Positions 11,327 through 22,228 of a DNA stretch of 64,000 bases are shown piece by piece (positions within the stretch are counted from its first letter, which is position 1; each line of letters starts with the position of its first letter). This DNA is from Candidatus Omnitrophota bacterium. Its GTDB lineage: Bacteria > Omnitrophota > Gorgyraeia > Zapsychrales > JANLHA01. The translations under genes and the position numbers were made by a program. Location: positions 68,601 to 132,600 of the forward strand of contig JAKQKX010000102.1 of assembly GCA_029560465.1 (NCBI GenBank), in the 5' to 3' direction. The notes beneath the pieces are model-generated. The model saw only the letters and a list, made by a program, of their open reading frames with translations. It was not told where the DNA came from and ran no database searches.

Positions 11327-14300
11327 TTATTTTTTAGTACCCTTTGTCTCTTTGATATTAGGTTGGTCCTGACCTTCTTTTTCCAGTCGTATATCCAGGC
11401 ATAACCCCTGAAGTTCCTTAACGAGGACGTTGAAAGACTCGGGAGTGCCCGTTGACAGCTTCTGCTCCCCCTTCACGATCGCCTCATAAATACGGCTGCG
11501 CCCGGCCACGTCATCACTTTTAACCGTCAGCATTTCCTGAAGGGTGTACGCCGCGCCATAAGCTTCCAGGGCCCAGACTTCCATCTCCCCAAAACGCTGG
11601 CCACCGAAATGCGCTTTCCCGCCTAAAGGCTGCTGCGTGACAAGAGAATACGGCCCGATAGACCGGGCATGGATTTTCTCATCCACCAGATGATTCAGCT
11701 TCAGCATATAAATGTACCCGATAGTGACCTTTTGATCAAAACACTCACCGGTAAAGCCGTCGTAAACAATGGTTTTGCCGCCTTCCGGAAGACCGGCTTC
11801 CTTACTTAACTGGCGGATTTCCTCTTCCGTCGCCCCGTCAAAGACCGGAGTCTCCGCATAAAATCCTAACGCCTGGGCAACCCATCCCAAATGCGTTTCT
11901 AAAAGCTGCCCGACGTTCATCCGGGAAGGAACCCCCAATGGATTCAGGACAACATCCACCGGCCGGCCATCTGCTAGATACGGCATGTCTTCCTCCGGAA
12001 CAATCCGGGACACAATCCCCTTGTTCCCGTGCCGACCAGCCATTTTATCGCCTTCCTGCAATTTCCGTTTCGTCGCCACATACACAACAACTCTCTTCAG
12101 GACTCCAGCGGGAAGCTCATCTCCTCTTTTAACCCGTTCAGCTTCCTGCTGCTGTTCTTCCAGCAGCTCGTTAACCTTACTTTCAAAAAATTCAATAGCC
12201 TGCCGAACTTCGGAATCCTCATCATAATCATTAAGATTCATCGTGAGGAGTTTCTTAGGAGACACATCCAGCAACTGACAAAGCTTTTTTTCCCGCTCAG
12301 TTTCGATAATCCCGATTTCCTGAGCATAATATTCCTTAATCTTCTCGACGGCCTCCTGTTCCTTAGCCTTATCGGCCTTGGATTTCCGGCCCCGTTCGGT
12401 CCTCTGGAACACCTCCGTATTAACGATAACGCCTTCGATGCCGGGAGGAAGGGTCAAAGACGTATCCCGGATGTCCGCCGCCTTTTCACCGAAAATCGCC
12501 CGCAACAAACGTTCTTCCGGAGACAGCTCCTTCTCGCTTTTGGGCGTCACCTTGCCGACGAGGATATCGCCGGCTTTCACTTCCGCTCCGACCCGGACAA
12601 TCCCTTCCTCGGTTAAATCCTTCAAAGCTTCCTCCCCGACGTTCGGGATATCCCGGGTGATCTCTTCGTTCCCTAAACGCGTTTCCCTGGCCTCAACTTC
12701 AAATTTTTCAATATGGATAGATGTAAAATTATCTTCCCGGACCAGCCTCTGGTTAACAAGAATAGCATCTTCAAAATTATAGCCTCTCCACGGCATGAAC
12801 GCAGCGAGAACATTTTGGCCCAAGGCGATGCGTCCGTCCTTGGTGGCCATGCCGTCAGCGATCACCTCTCCTTTTTCAACCTGGTCACCCAGCTGAACAA
12901 GGGGTTTTTGCAAAATACAGGTGTTGGCGTTGGACCGCAAGAAATTTTTCAACGGGTAGGCCCTGTCACCGACAACGATTTCCCGGGCATCCACTTTAGT
13001 GACTTTTCCGGATTCTTTCGCGATAACCACAACACCGGAATCGCGGGCGACCTTGCCTTCCATCCCCGTCCCGACAAACGGAACCTGTGTTGTCATAATC
13101 GGGACCGCCTGCCGCTGCATGTTAGATCCCATCAAGGCCCGGTTGGCGTCATCGTGTTCCAAAAACGGAATCATCGACGTTGCCACGGAAACCAGCTGTT
13201 TCGTGGAAACATCCTTATAATCTATCTGCTCAGGCTTAACCTTCGGGAAATCCGTTTTATAACGGCAAATAATCTCTTTCTCGGTCAACGTCCCGTGATC
13301 GTCCGTAACAGCGTTCGCCTGGGCGATATATTTCATCTGATCGATATCTGCCGTCAAGAATTCCACCTTGTTGGTCACTTTACCGCTTTCCACTTTATAA
13401 TAGGGCGTTTCAATAAAACCCAAATCATTGACGCGGGCACAGGTGGTCAACGAAGAAATGAGCCCGATATTAGGCCCTTCCGGCGTCTCAATAGGGCACA
13501 CCCGTCCGTAATGGGTCGGGTGGACGTCCCGGACCTCAAACCCGGCTCGTTCCCTGGACAGCCCTCCAGGACCCAAGGCGCTTAAACGGCGCTTGTGGGT
13601 CATTTCTGCCAAAGGGTTCACCTGGTCCATAAATTGCGAAAGCTGGCTCCGGGCGAAGAAATCATGCATCTGATTAGAAAAGAGACGGGAATTGATAAGA
13701 TGATGGGCCGTGAGGTTTTCGAAAGAACTCATGACGACAAGACGCTCTTTAATGGAACGTTCGAGCCGGGCAAGACCGATACGGACCTGATTCTGCACCA
13801 ACTCTCCCACAGTTTTAATACGTCTGTTCCCCAAATGGTCAATATCATCGACCTCTCCGTGCCCCTCTCTCAAACCGAAAAGATATTGGATGACCGCCAC
13901 AACGGTATTAATGTCCAAAACCCGGTTATCTAAAGGCACGCTTGTTCCCAGTTTGCGGTTGATAATATGCCGGCCCACTTTGCTGAGGTCATAGCGTTTC
14001 GGGTCAAAAAACAAACGGTAAAACAAGGCTTCTGAAACTTCAATCGTTGCCGGCTCCGTGGGCCGCATCTTACGGTAAAAATCCAACAAAGCCTCTTCCT
14101 TATTCGTCGTATGATCCTTCTCCAGCGTGCTCTTCATCTTGGAAAAAGCATCGCCGAGCAACGCCTGCATATCCGCTTCGTTAGACAACCCCATAATCCG
14201 CAGGATCTGGGTCGCCGGGAAATGCCGGCGGCGGTCAATATAAGCCAGCAAGATATCATTCAAATCATATTTGATTTCAAACCAAGCACCCCGGGAAGGG

Positions 14301-14788
14301 ATAATCCGTCCGTGATAAATACTTTTTCCGGTGGGGTGAACCTCCTCTTCAAATGAAACCCCAGGCGGTCGCTGAATCTGTGAGACCACAACCCGTTCGT
14401 CCCCGTTAATAATAAATGTTCCCGTATCCGTCATCAGCGGAAAATCACCGAAATAAACTTCCTGTTCTTTAATATCAATCGGCGTGATCAGTCGCAGTTT
14501 CACTTTCAGAGGGGCGCAATACGTTAAACTCCGTCTTTGGCACTCCAGGCTGGAATATTTTTCTTTCCCGAAATAATAGCTGATATATTCAAGCTTGATC
14601 TGTCCGTCGTAACTTTCCAGGGGGAAAACTTCCCGGAAGACCTCCTCCAGCCCCTGATCTTTCCTTTTTTCTGGCAGGCAATCCCACTGCAAAAAATCCT
14701 CGTATGACTTGACCTGAATATCCAACAAGTTAGGCAGCTCAAAGACGTCCTTGATCTTACCGAAATTTCTGACTTTTAATTTTTTCAT
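11327..14788 (-). CDS. rpoB: DNA-directed RNA polymerase subunit beta
   Basis: 1153 aa with conserved beta-subunit regions (GRHGNKGVVS-like, rifampicin-cluster region). Ends 2 nt before the rpoC start. Confidence 0.97.
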   Translation of the reverse strand: MKKLKVRNFGKIKDVFELPNLLDIQVKSYEDFLQWDCLPEKRKDQGLEEVFREVFPLESYDGQIKLEYISYYFGKEKYSSLECQRRSLTYCAPLKVKLRLITPIDIKEQEVYFGDFPLMTDTGTFIINGDERVVVSQIQRPPGVSFEEEVHPTGKSIYHGRIIPSRGAWFEIKYDLNDILLAYIDRRRHFPATQILRIMGLSNEADMQALLGDAFSKMKSTLEKDHTTNKEEALLDFYRKMRPTEPATIEVSEALFYRLFFDPKRYDLSKVGRHIINRKLGTSVPLDNRVLDINTVVAVIQYLFGLREGHGEVDDIDHLGNRRIKTVGELVQNQVRIGLARLERSIKERLVVMSSFENLTAHHLINSRLFSNQMHDFFARSQLSQFMDQVNPLAEMTHKRRLSALGPGGLSRERAGFEVRDVHPTHYGRVCPIETPEGPNIGLISSLTTCARVNDLGFIETPYYKVESGKVTNKVEFLTADIDQMKYIAQANAVTDDHGTLTEKEIICRYKTDFPKVKPEQIDYKDVSTKQLVSVATSMIPFLEHDDANRALMGSNMQRQAVPIMTTQVPFVGTGMEGKVARDSGVVVIAKESGKVTKVDAREIVVGDRAYPLKNFLRSNANTCILQKPLVQLGDQVEKGEVIADGMATKDGRIALGQNVLAAFMPWRGYNFEDAILVNQRLVREDNFTSIHIEKFEVEARETRLGNEEITRDIPNVGEEALKDLTEEGIVRVGAEVKAGDILVGKVTPKSEKELSPEERLLRAIFGEKAADIRDTSLTLPPGIEGVIVNTEVFQRTERGRKSKADKAKEQEAVEKIKEYYAQEIGIIETEREKKLCQLLDVSPKKLLTMNLNDYDEDSEVRQAIEFFESKVNELLEEQQQEAERVKRGDELPAGVLKRVVVYVATKRKLQEGDKMAGRHGNKGIVSRIVPEEDMPYLADGRPVDVVLNPLGVPSRMNVGQLLETHLGWVAQALGFYAETPVFDGATEEEIRQLSKEAGLPEGGKTIVYDGFTGECFDQKVTIGYIYMLKLNHLVDEKIHARSIGPYSLVTQQPLGGKAHFGGQRFGEMEVWALEAYGAAYTLQEMLTVKSDDVAGRSRIYEAIVKGEQKLSTGTPESFNVLVKELQGLCLDIRLEKEGQDQPNIKETKGTKK

Positions 14789-14940
14789 ATGGAATTAGGA
14801 TCACTATTGGTTATGGAACTGATTGAGGACGATCTCTTCCTAAAAAGAGTTCCCGCGATAAAAGACACCCGAAAAATCACAATCAAGCGAATCGGCACTT
14901 TGGCTTCCTATCCCTCTAAGAGCTAAAACGCCGAGAGCCA

Positions 14941-15411
14941 CTATTTTAATTCGACTTTAGCGCCTGCCGATTCAAGCTTTTTCTTCAACTCTTCCGCTTC
15001 TTCTTTAGAAACGTCTTCTTTAACAGGTTTCGGTGCCCCTTCGACCAAATCCTTAGCCTCTTTCAACCCTAAGTTGGTGATGGCCCGGACTTCCTTAATA
15101 ACCGAAATCTTATTGGCCCCGACTTCAGCCAATACCACCGTAAAAGACGTCTTTTCCTCTTGAACAGCCGCCGCGCCGCCAGCCGCCGGTCCCGCCATCA
15201 TCATGCCAGCCGGCATGGGGGCCGCCGCCTGAATACCGAACCGGTCTTCCAATCCCTTGACCAAGTCTGCCAATTCCAAAGCGGTTAACCCCTCAATCAA
15301 TTTGGCCACTTCTTCCAATTTCGGCGAAAGCGTCACGCCTGCCTTTTGTTCCTGTTTTTCCGCAACTGTATTACCATTCTCCGCCATCTTAATTACCTCC
15401 CTTTTTTTCAC
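14941..15411 (-). CDS. rplL: 50S ribosomal protein L7/L12
   Basis: Ala/Glu-rich dimerisation region and the C-terminal [22 protein letters not shown] motif. The true start may be the internal Met (MAENG...). Confidence 0.93.
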   Translation of the reverse strand: MKKREVIKMAENGNTVAEKQEQKAGVTLSPKLEEVAKLIEGLTALELADLVKGLEDRFGIQAAAPMPAGMMMAGPAAGGAAAVQEEKTSFTVVLAEVGANKISVIKEVRAITNLGLKEAKDLVEGAPKPVKEDVSKEEAEELKKKLESAGAKVELK

Positions 15412-15928
15412 TTAATTGTTTCAATATTGACAACAGTTCCCGAGTTTTGCCGTTCAAAACACTCGCTAACTGGCTTAAAGGCGACACGATAACCGATAAA
15501 AGCTGAGACAACAACACGTCCCGGGAAGGAAGGTCTGCCAACCGTTTCACATCGCTTTTATCCAGAACAGCCCCGCTCAGGACACCGCCCTGGACCGAGG
15601 CTGTTTCACATTTCTCCAAAAATTTCATTAACGTCTTTGACACCACGGCGCAATCCGCATTGCTCCAGACAAAAGCCGTCTGATTCTGGACTCTTCCGGC
15701 CAGGGTATCCTGCTGACATTCTTTCAACGCGATTTGAGCGATACGGTTCTTCGACACACACACAGCCGCGCCAATGCGCTTCAAGTCTTTTCTCAAATCA
15801 TTCATCTGAGAAGCCGACACCGCAGAATAAGAAAGCAAAAAAACATTGTCGTTTTTCTGCAACCCATCCTTGATTGATTCCACCAGCTTTTCTCTATATA
15901 TCCTTCCGACTTTACCCATGGCTCGCAC
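15389..15928 (-). CDS. rplJ: 50S ribosomal protein L10
   Basis: 179 aa, L10-like, located between rplA and rplL. Confidence 0.93.
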   Translation of the reverse strand: MRAMGKVGRIYREKLVESIKDGLQKNDNVFLLSYSAVSASQMNDLRKDLKRIGAAVCVSKNRIAQIALKECQQDTLAGRVQNQTAFVWSNADCAVVSKTLMKFLEKCETASVQGGVLSGAVLDKSDVKRLADLPSRDVLLSQLLSVIVSPLSQLASVLNGKTRELLSILKQLSEKKGGN

Positions 15929-15955
15929 CTTTATAATTTTAAGGGATAGTTATTC

Positions 15956-16639
15956 TTAAACGTCTGATATCTTCAATCCGGAACCCATCGTTGTTGAGAG
16001 GGCTACCGTTTTAAAAAGATCGCCTTTCACAGCGGCCGGCTTTAAATTCTGTATCGCGTCAATCAGCGTCCGCGCGTTCTCAAATATTTTTTCTTTCGTA
16101 AAAGACCTTTTCCCGATACCAACATGTATCCCGGCTTGCTTATCGGTCTTAAATTCCACCCGGCCCGCTTTCACTTCCTTGATCGCCTTCTCCAGATCAT
16201 TCGTGACTGTTCCGGTTTTCGGGCTGGGCATCAAACCTCGCGGCCCCAAGACCTTGCCAAGTTTACTTAAATCCCGCATCATATCCGGCGTGGCAACAAC
16301 CGTGTCAAAGTCAAGAAATCCATTGGACACCTTATCAATAAGATCATTGGATCCGACGATATCCGCTCCGCAGGCCTCCGCCTTCTGCGCCATTTCCCCT
16401 TTGGCGAACACCGCAACCCGGATTTTCCGGCCGGTCCCGTGGGGCAGCATCACCGTGCCACGGATCAATTGGTCCGAGCTCTTGGGGTCGATGTTGAGGC
16501 AAAAATGCAACTCGACTGTTTCATCAAATTTCACCTTGGGAAACTTCTCGATATTATTCACCGCTTCTTCCAACGTAAAGGAAGCTTTTTCTTCAGCAAT
16601 CGCTTTTATTTCTTTTTTTCTTTTAGATAATTTAACCAT
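15956..16639 (-). CDS. rplA: 50S ribosomal protein L1
   Basis: L1-like sequence. I trimmed the track ORF to the internal start MVKLSKRKK so that it abuts rplK rather than overlapping it. Confidence 0.92.
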   Translation of the reverse strand: MVKLSKRKKEIKAIAEEKASFTLEEAVNNIEKFPKVKFDETVELHFCLNIDPKSSDQLIRGTVMLPHGTGRKIRVAVFAKGEMAQKAEACGADIVGSNDLIDKVSNGFLDFDTVVATPDMMRDLSKLGKVLGPRGLMPSPKTGTVTNDLEKAIKEVKAGRVEFKTDKQAGIHVGIGKRSFTKEKIFENARTLIDAIQNLKPAAVKGDLFKTVALSTTMGSGLKISDV

Positions 16640-16640
16640 A

Positions 16641-17066
16641 TTAATCAACCACCTCAATTCCCATGCTTCGAGCCGTTCCCTCAATAATTTTCATGGCCTG
16701 TTGAATATCCTGGGTATTTAAATCTTCCATTTTTACCTTAGCGATTTCGGTAATCTGGGCCCGGTTCAAAGTAGCTATTTTTTCTTTTCCTGCTTCTCCC
16801 GAAGCTTTCGCCAGATTAGCCGCCTTTTTAATCAAAACGGAACTCGGGGGAGTTTTAATAATAAAATCAAAAGATTTGTCTTTATAGACAGAGATTACCG
16901 CCGGGAGAATCAGGCCTTCCCGGCCTTTGGTTTTCTCGTTGAAAGACTTGCAAAACCCCATGATGTTTACACCATGCTGGCCTAATGCCGGCCCCACCGG
17001 AGGAGCGGGGTTCGCCTGCCCTGCGGGTACATACAATTTAATTTGTGCCACAACCTCTTTAGCCAT
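16641..17066 (-). CDS. rplK: 50S ribosomal protein L11
   Basis: 141 aa, L11 signature ([36 protein letters not shown]). Confidence 0.95.
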   Translation of the reverse strand: MAKEVVAQIKLYVPAGQANPAPPVGPALGQHGVNIMGFCKSFNEKTKGREGLILPAVISVYKDKSFDFIIKTPPSSVLIKKAANLAKASGEAGKEKIATLNRAQITEIAKVKMEDLNTQDIQQAMKIIEGTARSMGIEVVD

Positions 17067-17067
17067 T

Positions 17068-17598
17068 TTAAATTTTCTCCACTTGCCAATATTCCATTTC
17101 CACCAGCGTCGAACGGCCGAAGATAGAAACGCTCACTTTTAATTTACCCCGGTCTGGATATACCTCTGTCACTGTCCCATTAAAATTAGCGAAGGGCCCT
17201 TCCGAGATCCGGATCGCCTCCCCGATCTCAAACACGACTTTCGGGCTGGGTTTAGTTTCCGTGTCTTCGGTGCGACGGACGATCGAATTAACTTCTTCTT
17301 CGGAAATAGGGGTCGGCCGGCGCCCCGGCCCGATAAACCCGGTAATCCCTGGGGTGCTCTTGACCAAATACCAGCTCTCTTTGCTCATTTCCATTTTGAC
17401 AAGAATATACCCGGGAAAAAATTTCCGGGCCGTGATGCGTTTCTTACCGCCGCGGATTTCAGAAACCTGTTCGGTCGGGACAATAATCTCTTCAATATAA
17501 TCTTTTAAATTCGTGGAATTCATCCGGCTTTCAAGCCCGGCTTTGGCTTTTTCCTCAGCTCCCGTTTGCGTATGTATAACGAACCATTTCATGGCCAT
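17068..17598 (-). CDS. nusG: Transcription termination/antitermination factor NusG
   Basis: 176 aa with an NGN domain ([14 protein letters not shown]) plus a KOW motif; secE-nusG-rplK context. Confidence 0.95.
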   Translation of the reverse strand: MAMKWFVIHTQTGAEEKAKAGLESRMNSTNLKDYIEEIIVPTEQVSEIRGGKKRITARKFFPGYILVKMEMSKESWYLVKSTPGITGFIGPGRRPTPISEEEVNSIVRRTEDTETKPSPKVVFEIGEAIRISEGPFANFNGTVTEVYPDRGKLKVSVSIFGRSTLVEMEYWQVEKI

Positions 17599-17605
17599 AA
17601 GACGA

Positions 17606-17791
17606 TCACTTAATTATAAAACTGATGAATTTTGAAAGGACGATATCGGTCACCCAAATAAACACAGCCAAAAAAGCAGAACTGATAAAAACAATCCAGG
17701 TCGAATCGATCAATTCCTGTTTCGTTGTCCAAGAAACTTTCTTGAGCTCAACGATCATTTCGGAAAAAAATTTGGATAATTTAGCTATCAT
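17606..17791 (-). CDS. secE: Preprotein translocase subunit SecE
   Basis: 61 aa, single C-terminal TM helix, conserved position immediately upstream of nusG. Confidence 0.85.
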   Translation of the reverse strand: MIAKLSKFFSEMIVELKKVSWTTKQELIDSTWIVFISSAFLAVFIWVTDIVLSKFISFIIK

Positions 17792-17803
17792 ATTTTTTAA
17801 TAA

Positions 17804-17877
17804 CAGGCCTGGTAGGATTCGAACCTACAACACACGGTTTTGGAGACCGTTGCTCTGCCAGTTGGAGCTACAGGCCT
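17804..17877 (-). tRNA. tRNA-Trp (anticodon CCA)
   Basis: The reverse complement AGGCCTGTAGCTCCAACTGGCAGAGCAACGGTCTCCAAAACCGTGTGTTGTAGGTTCGAATCCTACCAGGCCTG folds as a cloverleaf: 7-bp acceptor stem, CTCCAAA anticodon loop, GTTCGAATC T-loop. Confidence 0.9.
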
Positions 17878-17932
17878 ATTTTACACCGTGTCTGCAATAA
17901 ACTCAGGTTACACCGCCTGATGTAAAATAAAA

Positions 17933-18085
17933 CTATTTTTTAGTTTCCCGATGCAACGTATGCTTGCGACAAAACCGACAGTATTTCTTCAATTCAATCC
18001 TATCCGGCGTCTTCTTTTTGTCCTTCATGCTTTGATAATTGATTCTCTGGCATTCCGTACATTGGAACTGTATGTTCTCTCGCAT
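17933..18085 (-). CDS. rpmG: 50S ribosomal protein L33 (50 aa; not in the supplied ORF track because it is under 60 aa)
   Basis: Manual minus-strand translation from the ATG at 18083-18085 gives [50 protein letters not shown], then a TAG stop. It has the two CxxC zinc-ribbon pairs and the HxETK tail typical of L33, and the classic position upstream of secE-nusG. Confidence 0.85.
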   Translation of the reverse strand: MRENIQFQCTECQRINYQSMKDKKKTPDRIELKKYCRFCRKHTLHRETKK

Positions 18086-18106
18086 CGTTTTCTCTTTCTA
18101 TCGCAG

Positions 18107-18179
18107 AGCCCCCGACCGGACTTGAACCGGTGACCCCGTCCTTACCAAGGACGTGCTCTACCGGCTGAGCTACAGGGGC
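18107..18179 (-). tRNA. tRNA-Thr (anticodon GGT)
   Basis: The reverse complement GCCCCTGTAGCTCAGCCGGTAGAGCACGTCCTTGGTAAGGACGGGGTCACCGGTTCAAGTCCGGTCGGGGGCT folds as a cloverleaf with anticodon loop CTTGGTAA. Confidence 0.9.
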
Positions 18180-18418
18180 GATCTAATGATCGCTGCAATG
18201 TCATTGGCTTAATCAATCAGTGGCCCGAAAATTTATGAATGGGCCTTAACACATCTTAAAGGGTTTCACAAAAAATTCATTGCAGTAGAAAAAGTCCATA
18301 CTACAATGAATTCATAAAATGAAAGTAAAGTATATATGTCGTACTAAATTTTGTCAAGTATTTTATTTTTCGGGCCGAAATATATCATCTTACCAACATT
18401 GTAGTTAGGATAGCCTCT

Positions 18419-19588
18419 TCAAGGCGCTATTCTAAGAAACCGTCTTTTCCCGACTTTGAGCACACCGGGTTGGGGCGCCCAATTTTCATCCTGGATCTTT
18501 TCGCCGTTCCAGGTGACGGCTCCCTGGGCCAGGAGACGCCGCACTTCTTTCTTGGAAGGTGCCAGGCCGGCCCCCAGCAGGATATCGGCAATGAGCTCGA
18601 CATTCCCCGACGACAGAACATATTCCGGCATGTCATCTGGCACTTGTTTCTGACCGAACACTTTTTGAAAACGCACGCCTGCCTCGCGGGCTTCCCGTTC
18701 GTCATAAAACATCCCCACAATGATTTCCCCCAGCTTCAGTTTAGCCTCCTTAGGATGCATCGCTCGAATAGCAACAAGGTCTTCCGTTGTCAAAATTTCG
18801 TAGTAACGCATCATCAAGTCGTCGCTGATCGACATGATCTTTCCCATAATCTCATCCGGCGGCTCATCAATACCAATATAATTATGCAACGACTTACTCA
18901 TCTTCTTCTCGCCATCTGTCCCCTCCAGGAGGGGGGTCATCAGCACGACTTGCGGTTCCTGCCCATAGGCCTCCTGCAACTGCCGTCCCATTAAAAGATT
19001 GAACGTCTGGTCCGACCCGCCGCATTCAATATCCGCTTTTAAAACGACGGAATCATATCCCTGCAAAAGCGGATAAAAAAGTTCCAGGATGCTGATCTCT
19101 TTCTGCTCTTCAAAACGTTTCTTAAAATCCGCCCGGGCGAGCATCTGGGCAACGGTCGAATGCGCGGACAGTTCCAACACTTGCTGCGCGGTTAACGTGG
19201 CCAGCCACGTGCTGTTAAAAACAACTTCCGTCTTTTGGGGGTCCAGGATCTTTAACACTTGCTGCTTGTATGTCTGGGCGTTCTTAGCCACTACCTCCGG
19301 CGACATCTTGGGCCTCAATTGATCCCGGCCGGACGGGTCTCCGATTTGCGCGGTGAAATCCCCGATGAGAAAACAGACCCGGTGCCCCAGATCCTGAAAC
19401 TGCCGCAGCTTCCTTAAAAGCACCACGTGCCCCAAATGGATGTCCGGCGCCGTGGGGTCAAATCCTGCTTTAACCGTAAGCGGCCGTCCTGTTTCCGCGG
19501 CCCGGCTCAATTTCGACTTTAATAAATCGAGATTTATAATCTCGGTCGTGCCCCGGGCAATGCCGGCTATCTGCTGATCCATATCCAT
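18419..19588 (-). CDS. tyrS: Tyrosine--tRNA ligase
   Basis: 389 aa, class I HIGH-type motif (PDIHLGH), KMSKS, and a C-terminal S4-like domain. Confidence 0.95.
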   Translation of the reverse strand: MDMDQQIAGIARGTTEIINLDLLKSKLSRAAETGRPLTVKAGFDPTAPDIHLGHVVLLRKLRQFQDLGHRVCFLIGDFTAQIGDPSGRDQLRPKMSPEVVAKNAQTYKQQVLKILDPQKTEVVFNSTWLATLTAQQVLELSAHSTVAQMLARADFKKRFEEQKEISILELFYPLLQGYDSVVLKADIECGGSDQTFNLLMGRQLQEAYGQEPQVVLMTPLLEGTDGEKKMSKSLHNYIGIDEPPDEIMGKIMSISDDLMMRYYEILTTEDLVAIRAMHPKEAKLKLGEIIVGMFYDEREAREAGVRFQKVFGQKQVPDDMPEYVLSSGNVELIADILLGAGLAPSKKEVRRLLAQGAVTWNGEKIQDENWAPQPGVLKVGKRRFLRIAP

Positions 19589-19620
19589 TATGCTTAAAAA
19601 ACTCCCGCTTCAAAAAGCAG

Positions 19621-19649
19621 AAAAACAAAGGCACACGCTCACGGCGTGT
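19621..19649 (-). terminator. Rho-independent terminator downstream of rpsA
   Basis: On the minus strand, an ACACGC-cgtga-GCGTGT hairpin is followed by the run TTTGTTTTT. Confidence 0.55.
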
Positions 19650-19764
19650 CACCCTGTTTTTCGTTAAAACTAAAATATATCCCTGATGATTTAAAACGTG
19701 AGACGTGTCTCGACGAGGACAGCACTCTTCTCTTTAAAACACACAAAAGAGAAGCATTTCCAAC

Positions 19765-21315
19765 TCAGGACAAGCGTGTGCTGACACCAATTTTCATCTG
19801 GTCCACATCAACCTTAATAATCTTGACGCGCAACTTATCACCGGGTTTCAGGGCCGCGGCCTGTTCCTTGTCAATCTCCGAAGAATAAACCAGCGCCTCG
19901 ATTTCATCCTCCAGTTTCACAAAGACGCCAAAATTCGAATTCAGGACCACTTCCACTTCCACTTCATCCCCCACCTTGTATTTCTCCGCAATCATGGGCC
20001 AGGGGTTATCAGTCAACTGTTTTAAACCCAGTGTTATTTTTCGGTTGTTCGCGTCAATCCCCAGGACCATGACTTCGATCTCCTGCCCTTTCGAGAGGAT
20101 ATCTTGAGGATGGTTGACTTTCTTGGTCCAGGACATGTCAGAAACATGGATCATGCCTTCCAAGCCGGATTTCAATTCGACAAAAGTCCCGTAGTCTGTG
20201 AACCCCCGGACGACGCCCTTCACCCGCGTTCCGATGGGAAGGGTTTTCTCCGCTTCCAGCCAAGGGTTAGACTCGAGCGCTTTCATGCTGAGAGAGATTC
20301 TTTTGGAATCCTTATCGACGTTAATAATCTGGGCCTCGATCTCATCGCCAACGGAAAACATTTCCTGGGGGTTAACCAGTTTTTTCTGCCAGGTGATTTC
20401 CGATGAATGCAACAGGCCCTCGATGCCTTTTTCAATTTCCACAAAAACTCCGTACGGCATAATGTTGACAATCTTTCCCTTAATCTGGCTGCCGGCCGGA
20501 TATTTTCCATAAATATCATCCCACGGATTGGGTGTAATCTGCTTTAACCCCAAAGAAACCTTCGAGTTCTCCTGATCAAAATCAATGATCAAAACCTCGA
20601 CCTGATCCCCGATTGACACGATCTCGGAAGGGTGGTTGATGCGCGACCAGCTCATATCCGTAATATGCAGCAACCCGTCCACGCCTCCCAGGTCAATAAA
20701 GGCGCCGAAATCGGTAATCCCCTTAACGACACCTTTGCGTTTTTGTCCCTTCTCAAGTTCGCCCCACAGCTTTTCCCGGATCTGCTCACGCTCTTTCTGA
20801 TAAATATCCCGACGAGACAAGATCAGATTACGGCGCTGCTTATTAATCTTGGCGACCTGAAAATTAAACTTATTGGCCATAATGGTTTCCGGGGAATACC
20901 CCTTAAAGGCGGACAAAGACATCGGCAGGAATGCTTCCAGTCCTTCTATATCGACCATATATCCGCCCTTGACCACTTTAATCACGCGGCCGTCCACGAC
21001 GGCTCCTTCCTCGATGCCTCCCATGATCTTTTGCCAGCCTTTAACCTTCTCGGCCTTAATCTTAGACAACACGAGGCGGCCATCTTCATCTTCAATGGAT
21101 TCAACAAGGACGTCGATCTGGTTATCAATCTTAATATCCTCTTTATTCCGGAACTCATCCAGGGACACAAATCCCTCGGATTTAAACCCGATATCCACGA
21201 CCGCTTCAGTATCATTGAATGCGACGATCTGTCCCCTCACGATCTCCCCTTTTTTGATCATTTTGACAGACTTGTCATACAACTCAGACATAAGTGACTG
21301 ATGTTCTTTATCCAT
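19765..21315 (-). CDS. rpsA: 30S ribosomal protein S1
   Basis: 516 aa with multiple tandem S1 RNA-binding repeats (recurring GxxVxGxVxxIxxfGaFVxl pattern). Confidence 0.95.
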   Translation of the reverse strand: MDKEHQSLMSELYDKSVKMIKKGEIVRGQIVAFNDTEAVVDIGFKSEGFVSLDEFRNKEDIKIDNQIDVLVESIEDEDGRLVLSKIKAEKVKGWQKIMGGIEEGAVVDGRVIKVVKGGYMVDIEGLEAFLPMSLSAFKGYSPETIMANKFNFQVAKINKQRRNLILSRRDIYQKEREQIREKLWGELEKGQKRKGVVKGITDFGAFIDLGGVDGLLHITDMSWSRINHPSEIVSIGDQVEVLIIDFDQENSKVSLGLKQITPNPWDDIYGKYPAGSQIKGKIVNIMPYGVFVEIEKGIEGLLHSSEITWQKKLVNPQEMFSVGDEIEAQIINVDKDSKRISLSMKALESNPWLEAEKTLPIGTRVKGVVRGFTDYGTFVELKSGLEGMIHVSDMSWTKKVNHPQDILSKGQEIEVMVLGIDANNRKITLGLKQLTDNPWPMIAEKYKVGDEVEVEVVLNSNFGVFVKLEDEIEALVYSSEIDKEQAAALKPGDKLRVKIIKVDVDQMKIGVSTRLS

Positions 21316-21369
21316 ATAAAAAACCCTCTCTTTTATCTAATTCTCTGAAGAATCAATTCCAATCTTCAA

Positions 21370-21410
21370 AGTGGTCATATTATCTCAATTATTATAAATT
21401 TGTCAAATAA
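21370..21410 (-). promoter_or_regulatory. Candidate sigma70-type promoter of rpsA
   Basis: Minus-strand TTGACA (21401-21406), a 17-nt spacer, then ATAATA (21378-21383), about 60 nt upstream of the rpsA ATG. Confidence 0.4.
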
Positions 21411-21615
21411 AATCTTCGTTCCAACGGCGTATTTTCTTCGTCGGGACTCAATATTCTTCCGACATTCCTTTTCCTCGATCTTACAAATGCCCCGGCCTTA
21501 AGAATAATACAACTCGAACAGTTTTCGGTGAAAAACTTAAGACCGGCAAAGGATATCCTTCCCTATAATACTTCTTTGGGCGACTGCCCCCGTTTAAAAA
21601 ATCCAGGCATATCTT

Positions 21616-22206
21616 TTAAAAACCGCCGAGAGAAAGAAATCCAATAGCCGCCATCACCTGATCGGCTATTTTTTCATACGATTGATCAAAATCGATAGAA
21701 ACAGGCGGACCGAAGCGGACTCGGATCGGATGCCGTTTAAACCATAGGGCTCCGGGAGGAAGGACGTGGTCAGAGCCTTGAATCAATACCGGAATGACCG
21801 GAACCCGGCTTTTGGCCACCAGAAATCCAATGCCAGGCTGCGCTTTAGTCCCCCCAGTGTCCAAGCGTGTGCCTTGAGGGAACAACAACAACGGAGAGCC
21901 ATTCTTTAACCGCCGCAGGGCTTCCCGCAAGGCGCCGATATCCGGCTCGCCTCGGCGGATCGGGAACGTCCCAACCTGCCGCAGAAACCATCCCAGCAAA
22001 GGATTCTTAAAAAGGGACTTCTTGGCCATGTAACTGATCCGGCGCCAGACGCTCAACCCGACGATGAGAGGATCAAGGTAACTGAGGTGGTTGCACGCGA
22101 AAATATAACTGCCTTGGGAGGGGATGTGTTTCCGGCCCTCGGTCGTAAACGGGAAAAACACCTTGCTAAAAAGCTTAATAATGACGTAACTGCCCCAGTA
22201 TACCAT
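21616..22206 (-). CDS. plsC: 1-acyl-sn-glycerol-3-phosphate acyltransferase
   Basis: 196 aa with the HX4D acyltransferase motif (NHLSYLDP) and the FPQGTR motif. Confidence 0.85.
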   Translation of the reverse strand: MVYWGSYVIIKLFSKVFFPFTTEGRKHIPSQGSYIFACNHLSYLDPLIVGLSVWRRISYMAKKSLFKNPLLGWFLRQVGTFPIRRGEPDIGALREALRRLKNGSPLLLFPQGTRLDTGGTKAQPGIGFLVAKSRVPVIPVLIQGSDHVLPPGALWFKRHPIRVRFGPPVSIDFDQSYEKIADQVMAAIGFLSLGGF

Positions 22207-22228
22207 CTTTGCCGGCGCTTCCTTATAT

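Noticed and set aside
18180-18418. 10-bp inverted repeat GGCCCGAAAA … TTTTCGGGCC (18222-18231 and 18367-18376) flanking the AT-rich region between tyrS and tRNA-Thr
   Set aside because: The repeat is real but short, with 135 nt between the arms and no associated ORF or recognisable element. It is most simply chance or a promoter-region feature, and is too weak to report as a finding.
19589-19764. T-box riboswitch leader upstream of tyrS (and in the short leader of ileS at 55850-55932)
   Set aside because: No AGGGTGGNACCGCG-type T-box core sequence on the minus strand. The ileS leader is only 83 nt. The tyrS upstream region instead holds the rpsA terminator.
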